From a virus (Duplodnaviria; Caudoviricetes): DNA of 37,115 bases. Both the position numbers and the translations under genes were made by a program. Positions 7,805 to 16,263 of the stretch are shown here, piece after piece. The stretch covers positions 1 through 37,115 of the IMG/VR virus record IMGVR_UViG_3300048855_000223; one strand, given 5' to 3'. The notes below the pieces were generated by a model. It did no database searches. It was not told the DNA's origin and saw only the letters and a program-made list of their open reading frames with translations. How positions within the stretch are numbered: position 1 is the stretch's first letter; every line of letters starts with the position of its first letter.

Positions 7805-8193
7805 CCTGCCCTCCACCGTCGGGCAAGGCGGCGCAGCTCGGCGGCCAGCTCGGACTTCTCCATGTGAAATTGTTCGGGGTCGCGGCGGTCGGGTGACAGC
7901 CGGACCACCCGGCGGGCAAGGGCTTCGAGGTCAACTGACGCACTCGAATGTGCGTCAGTGCCAGTACCCTTTGATATCAATGCGATAGGCCCGACGCACT
8001 GACGCACTGACGCATTTCCCCCTACGTGTTCCCCGCGCGGGCGGGTGGGTATGCGCTCGCCTGCTCCCCGATGTTCTCTAAATCCACTTCCATAGTTCGT
8101 AGGGGAATGTGCGTCAGTATGCGTCAGTAGGAGGGCTAAGCCGTTGTTATGGCTTGAACCTGCACTGACGCACTTTCTGAGTGCGTCAGTCAT
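7801..8193 (-). CDS. Hypothetical protein overlapping the iteron array
   Basis: ATGA-coupled to primase; protein-like C-terminus LARRVVRLSPDRRDPEQFHMEKSELAAELRRLA; true start uncertain. Confidence 0.5.
   Translation of the reverse strand: MTDALRKCVSAGSSHNNGLALLLTHTDAHSPTNYGSGFREHRGAGERIPTRPRGEHVGGNASVRQCVGPIALISKGTGTDAHSSASVDLEALARRVVRLSPDRRDPEQFHMEKSELAAELRRLARRWRAG
7934..8190. repeat. Iteron array, putative replication origin
   Basis: ACTGACGCA at 7934, 7998, 8006, 8164; reverse complement TGCGTCAGT at 7951, 8110, 8120, 8182. Confidence 0.8.
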
Positions 8194-10556
8194 GCCTCAG
8201 TCCTCTTAACCCAGCTCCGTTCCCCGCTCGCGCCGGACCGTGGTCCGCGTTCACGGCCAAGCCGCTCCAGCGCCGCACTGATCCGCCGTTGATCCGAGGT
8301 GCCAATCTTGGGCATGTCGATGAACAAGGCTTCCCGCGCCACTTCGAGGATCGTCACCTTGTCCCTACCGATCAGGAACTTGGCGATGGCGCCCTCCCAC
8401 GCATCCGCCTCGTATCGGTCATCCTGCTGCGGCTTGATCTGCTGGGCCTCGAAGTCCCGGTCGGGCCACCACTTGCTGCCCTGCCGGTACAGCGCCACCG
8501 CCTCGGCAAAGAGCTGGTCACGCGCCCCGGTCAGCCCAGCCACGTCCAGCACCTTCCCCACCGCCACCGGCCAGAAGCGCCGGCCGCCGGTCTCATCGCG
8601 CAGGTATGCCGCCTTGTTGGTGGTGCCGATAAAGACGCACTGGCGGGGTTCGATCACGTCCTTCCGGCCATAGCTGGGACGGTACCGTTCCACAGGGCGG
8701 GTGATGAATGCCTTCAGGGCAGCAGCCTCCGCCTTGTCCAGCGCCGACATCTCCGCAACCTCGATCAGCCATTTGCCGTTGAGGTGCTGGGACACGTCCT
8801 TGCCGCCCCGGATATCGGGCAGGTTGTCGCTGAACCACTGACCACCGAGAATGGCGCAGGCGGTGGATTTCATCGCACCCTGCTCGCCCTCCAGCACCAT
8901 CATGTAGTCAGCCTTGCACCCCGGATCGAAAACGCGGGCCACCATGGCGACCAGGAACATGCGGCCGATGCCGGCGGTGTAGTCAGTCTTCTCGGCCCCC
9001 AGATAGGCATGCAGCCACGTCGCCAGCCGCGGCGACCCGTCCCAGCGCAGGCTATTCAGATAGTCCTGTACCGGGTGGAAAGCCCGCTCCCTCGCCCGCA
9101 GCGCCACCGCCTGGTGCACCGTGTCCTTGCTGACCCGCTCCAGCCCCTGCAGCTGCATGAACTCCTGCAGGGCAGACACGTCTGCATCCTGGATCGGTCG
9201 CGCTTGGTCATCGGGCTTGCGGAGGCTGGACGGCACCGGCTGGGTCAGCAGCTCCGCCCGCAGCATCTCGTCGTAGGCCAGCAGGTCAGTCAGGTGCCTG
9301 TCACCGCGCAGGGCGGCCATGGCATTGACTAGATTGCCGCGCGGCTCCCCGTTCTGGTCGGTCTGGCAGTGCTGCAGCCAGTCGGGCTGCCCTTGCCTCT
9401 TCTCTTCCGCCTTCTGCTGGCGCTTAGCCTTGGGCTCCTGCCAGCCGCAGTCGGCCGGAGCGACGCCGAGCTGATTGCAAAGCCAGAACGCGGCCTGCTG
9501 GGGCGACGGGGCGCTGCCCCATTCCATCACCACATCGATCGGGCTGCAGCTCTCCCTGGTGCCGAAGTCGTGCCCCCCCTCGGTCGGGTGCATGGCCAAG
9601 TCTTCTTCCAGACCCCGCTTCAGGTGGGCGGAGGCAATACGCCACGCACCCGGCGGCCGGGTGGCATTGGCCTGCCAGTAGGCGTCGGGGAACAGGTTCT
9701 TAAACCAAGGCTCGATGTTGCCCAGCGCCCGCCGGTTCACCTCCTTGAAGAACTCATTGCCCCCTGCCCCGCGACGGGGAGGGTTCTCCCCATCCTGGGG
9801 AGTACTGACCGGGCGGAAGGTGCCTTCCTCCAGGGCGCGGCTGAGGCTTCCCAGCGGGGATTTCGGTTCATGTTGAGCCGAAACCAGCTTCGGCTCCTTC
9901 ATCGGCTTCCCGCCGGCGGCACGGATGATGCGCTCAGCCTCAACCAGATATTCGGCCAGGCCGGCCTTGGTGATCGGGTGCAAGACTTCCAGCGGCACCG
10001 CATCTGGTCCGTCATCTGGCCACTCATATTCCTGGCCGGTGTCGGGATGGACACCGTAGGCGACGAACTGCTGCCCCTTCGCCAGTGCTTCCACCTGCGC
10101 CTTGGTGCCATCGGGCAGCAGGAACTCGGGCGTCTCCAGCTTGGTGATATCCTCGGCTGCCCGGTAGCAAAGCAGCAGCTTGGGCGCTTTGCCGATACGG
10201 CGCAGGCCGGTATGGCCGAGGCGGCTATAGGCTTCCTCTTCCAGCGCGGCCGCCAGCCCGGCATCCAGCACGTCGATATCGAGGCCGATCATGGCCCCGC
10301 ACCGCAGGCCGGTATTCGTATTCCGGGCTTCCGGGCCGGTGCCCCAGGACCGGACCACAGGGGGAGACAGATCCAGCGCCGCCCATCCGGGCATGGTTGG
10401 TTGCTTGCCAGGGGATTTCACCCGGGCACCCGGCGCCGTGATCGGGATCGGCTCATACCCATTTGCCAGCAGCCGCAGGCGCAGGGCGGTCAATGGCCCA
10501 TCGCTCTGCTGGTCCTGCAGGCTAGATTCTGCTAACACGCTACTAACACGCAACAT
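8190..10556 (-). CDS. Prim-Pol / VapE (VirE) primase-helicase
   Basis: N-terminal GKQP, NTGLRCG, LDIDVLD, GVHPDTG; C-terminal FHPVQDYL, Walker A GEQGAMKS, GTTN, DETGGRRFWPV; start codon uncertain. Confidence 0.92.
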   Translation of the reverse strand: MLRVSSVLAESSLQDQQSDGPLTALRLRLLANGYEPIPITAPGARVKSPGKQPTMPGWAALDLSPPVVRSWGTGPEARNTNTGLRCGAMIGLDIDVLDAGLAAALEEEAYSRLGHTGLRRIGKAPKLLLCYRAAEDITKLETPEFLLPDGTKAQVEALAKGQQFVAYGVHPDTGQEYEWPDDGPDAVPLEVLHPITKAGLAEYLVEAERIIRAAGGKPMKEPKLVSAQHEPKSPLGSLSRALEEGTFRPVSTPQDGENPPRRGAGGNEFFKEVNRRALGNIEPWFKNLFPDAYWQANATRPPGAWRIASAHLKRGLEEDLAMHPTEGGHDFGTRESCSPIDVVMEWGSAPSPQQAAFWLCNQLGVAPADCGWQEPKAKRQQKAEEKRQGQPDWLQHCQTDQNGEPRGNLVNAMAALRGDRHLTDLLAYDEMLRAELLTQPVPSSLRKPDDQARPIQDADVSALQEFMQLQGLERVSKDTVHQAVALRARERAFHPVQDYLNSLRWDGSPRLATWLHAYLGAEKTDYTAGIGRMFLVAMVARVFDPGCKADYMMVLEGEQGAMKSTACAILGGQWFSDNLPDIRGGKDVSQHLNGKWLIEVAEMSALDKAEAAALKAFITRPVERYRPSYGRKDVIEPRQCVFIGTTNKAAYLRDETGGRRFWPVAVGKVLDVAGLTGARDQLFAEAVALYRQGSKWWPDRDFEAQQIKPQQDDRYEADAWEGAIAKFLIGRDKVTILEVAREALFIDMPKIGTSDQRRISAALERLGRERGPRSGASGERSWVKRTEA
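10531..10552. promoter_or_regulatory. Putative integrase arm-type sites (right)
   Basis: Tandem GCTAACACGCT-ACTAACACGCA, similar to 110-131. Confidence 0.6.
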
Positions 10557-10636
10557 CTGCCAGACCCTTTGTCTGGCGCACTAGTTTTGCCTACCTGTGC
10601 CTACTTAAGCCCTTGTTTTGGCTTGAGTTGAACTCT

Positions 10637-10685
10637 CTTGCCAAGGTTGGGGTCGAGGGTTCGAATCCCTTCGCCCGCTCCAGTT
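10637..10685 (+). repeat. attR core, duplicated tRNA-Gly 3' half
   Basis: Identical to 19-67; lacks the tRNA 5' half. Confidence 0.95.
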
Positions 10686-10899
10686 CGGCTTCTCCAAACA
10701 TTCTCCCGGTTTGTTGCCCCTGCGCTGAGGCGCAGGTTAGGCTTGGGTTTCCGTGCTGACCTTGATAGTTCGGGCATGGAACAGTCGCTAGAATCTCTCT
10801 CCAGATCGCTCTCTGTCTCCGAAGCTTGGTGGTTGATCTATCAGTCAGCAAGATCCAAAGCCTTGAAAAGCCTAGCGTCGAAATTGCTGACGTGTCGTC

Positions 10900-10924
10900 G
10901 GTTCGAATCCCTTTTCCTCCGCCA
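10900..10924 (+). other. tRNA 3'-end-like fragment (Ser-like), possible att scar
   Basis: GGTTCGAATCCCTTTTCCTCCGCCA. Confidence 0.5.
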
Positions 10925-11152
10925 GTATCCATACGAGCCGTGCTCTTCGCCAGACCCGGCACCGCGCTGAGTGTCAGGTTTCCTGGGGTTTTCGGGACAG
11001 ACCTATTGGTTGCCCGGTGTCCACATGCGAAAGTCGATCGGCAGGGTCTTTGCCGTCCGGCCCGTGGTGCGCAGCCATTCGCAGGTTTCCGCCAGGGTTG
11101 CCTCGGCGCGGCTGAGGGTGAGCGTGACTGCCATTGGATGGTGACGCCCCTC

Positions 11153-12232
11153 CTAAGCCGTTGCGTCGCTGAGCCGGGTGGCGCGCTCGCGTTCAATCAG
11201 CATCGGCAGGAAGGTGACGCCCTCCTTCGACGAGAGAAGCTGCGGGTCGCGCGCCCTGACCCGTTCCACGAAGGACCGCTCGTAGCCGAACAGGAGGCCA
11301 TTCCCCTCGCGGCCTTCGCGCGGGCGAAGCACCACGGCGCCCAGGATCTCCACCTCCCTCTCATCCGGAAGGGTGGCTTGCCATCGCCCGGGGATTGTCG
11401 GCGCACCCGAGGCCGTGGCGTCCGATGCCTCTGGGTCGAGCGAGGCCGCGATGTAGGAGAGACCAAAGCCGCGAAGCGATTGGGCCAGCTGCAGGCTCAC
11501 CATGCCGGCACGAAGCAGGGCAGCCTCGCCCTCGTCCAATTCTTCACCATCGCCGTCCGGGTCATCGACGCGGAGGAGTGGGCGGCCGTAGCCCTTGCTG
11601 ATTGGGGCGGCCGTGCACCACCCACTGCCCACGGCCCAGCCCTTGGATCGAATCGTGCGCCAGCGCGATCCGGCTTGTCGCTCGATCCTCATGCGCGCGA
11701 GCTGCGCCGCGGCGCCATTCATCGTCGCGTTCATCTTGTTGCTGTAGTAGGTGCCCTTCGCTTCAAGCAGGCCGGCGGGCGGGTTGCCGCCCGGCGTGCT
11801 GACCCAGGCCCAATCCGGCAGATCGCCTTTGGCGCCGGAGATGCGCTTCGCGCGAAGCTTGCGTGGGGCCGCGCTGGGTAGGGCCAGTTTATCCCCGTCG
11901 ATGGCGATGCAGGCGGCGATGTTGAGGTGCTGATGCGCAAACCAGCGCGCCATGAAGCGGCCAAACAGGCCGGAGGTCGCGCGCCGCACCTCTCGCCCAA
12001 GGCCGGGGCCTCTTCCCTGCCAGGTGAAAGAGGTGGCCCCAGGGATCAGGAGATCCTCGATCAACGTCGCGAGGCCAAGCAGGGGCGCCGCGTTCTGGCT
12101 GAGCTCGAGAGACGCGGCGCGAGCGAGGGTATGCAGGTCCACGTCCACGCTGGGCCCCGCCGGCACGCTGGTAGGGCGTGCGGCGGGTGGCTTGATGGTG
12201 AAATCAAGGGATCGGGTGATGGTCGTGGACAC
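11153..12232 (-). CDS. Hypothetical protein, putative PD-(D/E)xK nuclease
   Basis: GDLPDW...GLLEAKG motif; GTG start overlaps the MTase TAG stop. Confidence 0.7.
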   Translation of the reverse strand: MSTTITRSLDFTIKPPAARPTSVPAGPSVDVDLHTLARAASLELSQNAAPLLGLATLIEDLLIPGATSFTWQGRGPGLGREVRRATSGLFGRFMARWFAHQHLNIAACIAIDGDKLALPSAAPRKLRAKRISGAKGDLPDWAWVSTPGGNPPAGLLEAKGTYYSNKMNATMNGAAAQLARMRIERQAGSRWRTIRSKGWAVGSGWCTAAPISKGYGRPLLRVDDPDGDGEELDEGEAALLRAGMVSLQLAQSLRGFGLSYIAASLDPEASDATASGAPTIPGRWQATLPDEREVEILGAVVLRPREGREGNGLLFGYERSFVERVRARDPQLLSSKEGVTFLPMLIERERATRLSDATA

Positions 12233-15200
12233 TACCTCGACCAGCTCTGGAAGGTGCCGTCAGCCGTCAGGCGATCCCAGGCAGCGAGGACGAGGCGGGC
12301 GGTGCGGAAATCACCATACTCCCTGATCTCTTTGTCCTTTAGCACGCGGAATGTTTCCGAAGGATAGCCAGGGCCTTTGGCCTCGGTGGGATCGAGGACA
12401 TAGCGCAATTCATCGCGGGTGAGGCCGTATCCCCAAGCGTAGAACGCATCGAGTTCGGCGCGGAGTGTGGCGCGGCGATCGTCATCCCAATCGAACGGGG
12501 GGCCATCATAACCGAGATTATGCGCAAATGAACTGAGTGAGTGCGACGTGTAGACCAACTCCAAGACCCTGGATGTCACAAATAGAAGCCGCGAATCATT
12601 ATAAAAACTTGGGGGAAGTACAGGAAATTGCTGAACATGAAAAAAATTAATATTTACTCCACCAACCTTACGGCGGACGACGTAGTCCAAACATAGAGCA
12701 CAGAGGTTTGCATACAGAGCCGCATAGAGATTAGTTTCTTTGTTGGAGTTGATAAAATTTAGACTATCACCAAATCCGGCAATCGGCATTAAGGTCGCTA
12801 AAAAAGTTCTTTCGTTTCCAATACCGGTAACTTTATTGAATACGATCATGGCGCCATGTTCTACATTCCTCAGTGCTTCCAGTACGTCAGATTTCTGCAC
12901 CCAATAGAATGGCTGGACTTCGTAATTTGGATTTTTGTGTTGTTCCAGGCTGGTTTCCGGAAGAACCCGATTTCCTCGCTCATCGCCGCGCGTTTCGTAT
13001 GATGCATAGCGATGATCAAAGTGATCGAACATTTTTGCTTCGTAGAGCGGGACGTAGCGAAGTAGAGCATCGCCCTGATCGATCGTGATCCAGTCGACAC
13101 CCTCCCGCTCAAGATTCATTGCTGCCAGTTGCGAGGCGGTGCGGAACAAATGGCTATCATTTGCCATATGAAATATCGTCATGAAGGTGACGTCCCACGG
13201 GTTACCCGTCTTTTCTTTGCTTTGATTGATCAGTACTGGAGCGGACTCATAAATTTTTGTTGTCAATTCCGCATCTGCGCGTGTGCGAAATACCGGCGCG
13301 GTTCGCGTATTTGGATTTAGCTTGTTAATTTGTTCTGGGGAAAGAGTAAATCTACGTTCGGCCTCCTCCAATTGCCCCGTATTGGTGAGAAAGAAAGCAA
13401 ACTCCGCCGCGCCCTCGTTATAGCCTACGGTCAACAATGAGAATTTGACGCTGCGATGTACACCAGCGAACAGGGGTGCGGAGTTCTCAAAATCGACAAG
13501 GCGCGCCAGTCTTCTCTCGGCAACGAGAGCTGCGAAGAACGGGGCTGTCGTAGCATCCGTAGCTATGCCTGTAGGCACAATTATTCCCGCTCGGCCGCGC
13601 GCTCCTACCAATTGCACGAAGTGCTCGGTAAACAGGGCGTACGTGTTCACGTCGCCTCTGCCAGTCAGTGGAAATCGACCGCCATCCTCACCTGGCGTAC
13701 GCACGAACTCACTTGCAGCTTCTGCCTCGCGTCTCGCGGAGAGAAAAAGTGAATACAAGGAGCGCTCTACCGAGCCACTGGGTGCATTCTTTAGCGCCAA
13801 AATCAGCTTCTCGCGTGAGGCCTTGTTCTGTGCGCTCGCTATATCGGGCGAACGCGCGGCAAAGAATTCTTGCTCCTGCAGCTTAATTCGCTCCCAGGGC
13901 GGATTTCCAAGCACCACAGCGAACCCGCCGCTAGCAATGACATCGGGGAACTCCAAAGGCCAGTGGAAGAAGCGGAGCCGACTCCGCATTTCTTCCACTG
14001 CCCCGACAAGCGGGCCATAGACAGACGATGGCGCACGCAGATACCGCCACACCGTGTCAGTGGTGGGCACCATGTCCCGCCCGCGCATCTCGGGCCGCGT
14101 TGCTTTCGAGGCGAAGTACGCCGCGCACCAGAGGTCGCAGGCCACCCGCAGGTCATGCGCGGCTCGCCCCTCCGTCATCTCACGCAGGGCCCGGCGCTTG
14201 TCCTGCACGGCCGCCAGCGTGTCCTCCGGCGCATCGGTCAACGCCGCAATGGCGGCGGCGAGGTCAGGTGGCAGAGCGACTTCGGGCAGCAATGTCAGGG
14301 TCGGGTTGTCTCGTTCCCCCTTGTTCTGCTTCCGCAGGTCCCGGCAATACGCTTTGTCGTCGCCGGTCAGTTCCTTGAACGCTTCGTCAGGGATACCGGC
14401 CTTAAGTACCTTCAGGTCCGCCACGCCGATCAGGCTGTCGCCGCACTTGATGTGCGCATCGAGGAAGGAGAGCGGCTTGCCCGGTTCGATCGCCTCGATC
14501 CACAGCGCCGTGCGGCAGAGCTCGACTGAGAGCGGATTGCGATCCACGCCAAAGATGCAGCGTCGGACGACCTCCCGCAGGGCGCGCCGTCGCGCGGCCT
14601 CGTCCGGCAGGTCGCCCTCCATGTCGAGGCGCGCCACCGCATCGGCCAGCCGCCTGGCAGCCCCGAGGAGGAAGTGGCCAGAGCCGCAAGCAGGGTCGAG
14701 GACCCGCAGCCGCAGCAGGGCGCCCCGCGGGTCCGTTGGATTGTCGCGCAAGGCGCGTTCGATCACCGGGTCCAAGGCCGAGCGCAGCAACTCCTGCACC
14801 AGGCTGTCCGGCGTGTAGTAACTGCCGGAGAGCTTGCGCACACTGCCCTTCACTGCGCCGCCCGCCTCGTCGCCGACGAAGGCGAAGGTCCATGGCCGCG
14901 TGGCGACCTGAACCACCGGGTGGAGTTCGAGCAGGCTCTCATAGACGGAGCCCAGCTCCTCCGTCCCCATATCGCGGTAGTTCACTCGCTGCAGGCTGCC
15001 CTTGTCCTCGAAGAAGGCCAGCGCGTGGATCGCCGAGAGCAGGCGCGCATTGGGCAGCGCGGCCGTATCGAGGGCGGCGCACTGGTCCTCTTCGAACAAG
15101 CCACCGAGGGCGGCAACACCCAGCGGCGCGGCGCCGCGGGCCAGCGCCCGAAACGTCACCGTCATGCCGATCCAGAGATCCGCATGGCCGTCGTAGTAGC

Positions 15201-16263
15201 GGCGGCGGCGCGCACGGTCCCGCAGCCGCGCCAGGCCGTAGCCCTGGGCATAGAGGGCGCGCGCCTCCGGTGTAGCGTCGGGTGCATGGAGCAGACCGCG
15301 CTCCTCCGCCGTGAAGAGGAAGAGCAGCCGATAGACCAGCCGTAGAAGCTGCTGGTGCAGGATTTCGGCGGTGACTGTGCCATCGCGCAGGGCGGCGCGC
15401 AGCGCCTCGTTCTGCGGTTGCTCGACGAAGCCTGAGCCCAATTCGCGGAGGGCTGTGGTGACGCCGGCCCGCAGGCGCTCCAGCGCGCGTTGGCCGGTCT
15501 TTGCCCCCTCGGCCCGCCAGCGTTCCAGCCAGCAGCCCGCCATGCCGCCATCGCCTGGCGCAACCCGGGTGCCATGGGCGATGAGCCAGAGGGCGGCAAA
15601 GTCCGGGTAGAGGCCTTCCTCGAAGATTCGCTCGAGATCGGCTTCGACATAGGCGGGGCGGGTCAGCAAAGGATTGTCGCGGAGCAGGCGCAGCCGGTTG
15701 CCGTTCGCCGCGACACCCCACAGCGCGGTGGCTTCGGCGTTGAGGTATTCCTGCATCGCCGCATGCGGGGCGCGACGTCGTCCCTCATCGCCGAAGATAC
15801 TGTGCGACCGGTCCAGGTCATGGGCGTGGGTGGTCAGCAGCAGCGGCACAGCGCTGTCATGCGCGCGGTGCCGAATGGGAAAGACACGCTCGCCGACCTG
15901 GACGGCGGCAACCTTGGTCAGGTCCGAGTAGCCGAGGACATCACGCAGCAGGCGGGTCAGCCATCGTTCTATTGCCACGCGCTCTGCGGGCAGATCCGAC
16001 CTGTCCCTGTCGCGCTTGTATTCGCGCCAGAGCGCCTCGGCGATGGTCCAATAACGGCCGATTTCATCGCGGAGCGTGCGACCGGGGGGAACACCGTAGC
16101 CGGCATCGAGCTTCTGCGCGGGGTCAGGCTTGGCGACCCGTTGGAGGAATTCCGCGGGGAAGAGCCCGCCCTCCACACGGATGGCGGTGAAGGCCGTCTC
16201 TATTGTTCCGACGGTCGCGTTGGCCCGCTGTGCGGGCAGGCCGAGGGGCAGCAGCGCATTCAT
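12232..16263 (-). CDS. Large N6-adenine DNA methyltransferase (Eco57I/DrmMI-like)
   Basis: GSYYTP, LDPACGSGHFL (motif I), GNPPW (motif IV), EELGSVYESLLE, FFHWPLEFP. Confidence 0.93.
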   Translation of the reverse strand: MNALLPLGLPAQRANATVGTIETAFTAIRVEGGLFPAEFLQRVAKPDPAQKLDAGYGVPPGRTLRDEIGRYWTIAEALWREYKRDRDRSDLPAERVAIERWLTRLLRDVLGYSDLTKVAAVQVGERVFPIRHRAHDSAVPLLLTTHAHDLDRSHSIFGDEGRRRAPHAAMQEYLNAEATALWGVAANGNRLRLLRDNPLLTRPAYVEADLERIFEEGLYPDFAALWLIAHGTRVAPGDGGMAGCWLERWRAEGAKTGQRALERLRAGVTTALRELGSGFVEQPQNEALRAALRDGTVTAEILHQQLLRLVYRLLFLFTAEERGLLHAPDATPEARALYAQGYGLARLRDRARRRRYYDGHADLWIGMTVTFRALARGAAPLGVAALGGLFEEDQCAALDTAALPNARLLSAIHALAFFEDKGSLQRVNYRDMGTEELGSVYESLLELHPVVQVATRPWTFAFVGDEAGGAVKGSVRKLSGSYYTPDSLVQELLRSALDPVIERALRDNPTDPRGALLRLRVLDPACGSGHFLLGAARRLADAVARLDMEGDLPDEAARRRALREVVRRCIFGVDRNPLSVELCRTALWIEAIEPGKPLSFLDAHIKCGDSLIGVADLKVLKAGIPDEAFKELTGDDKAYCRDLRKQNKGERDNPTLTLLPEVALPPDLAAAIAALTDAPEDTLAAVQDKRRALREMTEGRAAHDLRVACDLWCAAYFASKATRPEMRGRDMVPTTDTVWRYLRAPSSVYGPLVGAVEEMRSRLRFFHWPLEFPDVIASGGFAVVLGNPPWERIKLQEQEFFAARSPDIASAQNKASREKLILALKNAPSGSVERSLYSLFLSARREAEAASEFVRTPGEDGGRFPLTGRGDVNTYALFTEHFVQLVGARGRAGIIVPTGIATDATTAPFFAALVAERRLARLVDFENSAPLFAGVHRSVKFSLLTVGYNEGAAEFAFFLTNTGQLEEAERRFTLSPEQINKLNPNTRTAPVFRTRADAELTTKIYESAPVLINQSKEKTGNPWDVTFMTIFHMANDSHLFRTASQLAAMNLEREGVDWITIDQGDALLRYVPLYEAKMFDHFDHRYASYETRGDERGNRVLPETSLEQHKNPNYEVQPFYWVQKSDVLEALRNVEHGAMIVFNKVTGIGNERTFLATLMPIAGFGDSLNFINSNKETNLYAALYANLCALCLDYVVRRKVGGVNINFFHVQQFPVLPPSFYNDSRLLFVTSRVLELVYTSHSLSSFAHNLGYDGPPFDWDDDRRATLRAELDAFYAWGYGLTRDELRYVLDPTEAKGPGYPSETFRVLKDKEIREYGDFRTARLVLAAWDRLTADGTFQSWSR

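Larger units (their letters stand above)
19..10685. mobile_element. tRNA-Gly-integrated phage satellite (PICI-like) element
   Basis: att direct repeats, tyrosine integrase and xis, primase-helicase, iteron array, cos-like site, terS and capsid; no portal, terL or tail genes. Confidence 0.85.

Noticed and set aside
7934-8190. CRISPR array
   Set aside because: 9-bp repeats in both orientations, irregular spacing, no cas genes
8181-10535. Long plus-strand ORFs (8181-9332, 9369-10535) and similar ones such as 205-1224 and 10826-11881
   Set aside because: Antisense shadows of well-supported high-GC genes, with no motifs
10637-10685. Second tRNA-Gly gene
   Set aside because: Only the 3' half is present, with no D-arm or 5' acceptor strand; it is attR
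10840-10924. Complete tRNA-Ser(TGA)
   Set aside because: CTTGAAA has no pairing anticodon stem and no D-arm is evident
10591-11196. 201-aa ORF across attR
   Set aside because: Spans att and tRNA-like fragments, non-protein-like composition
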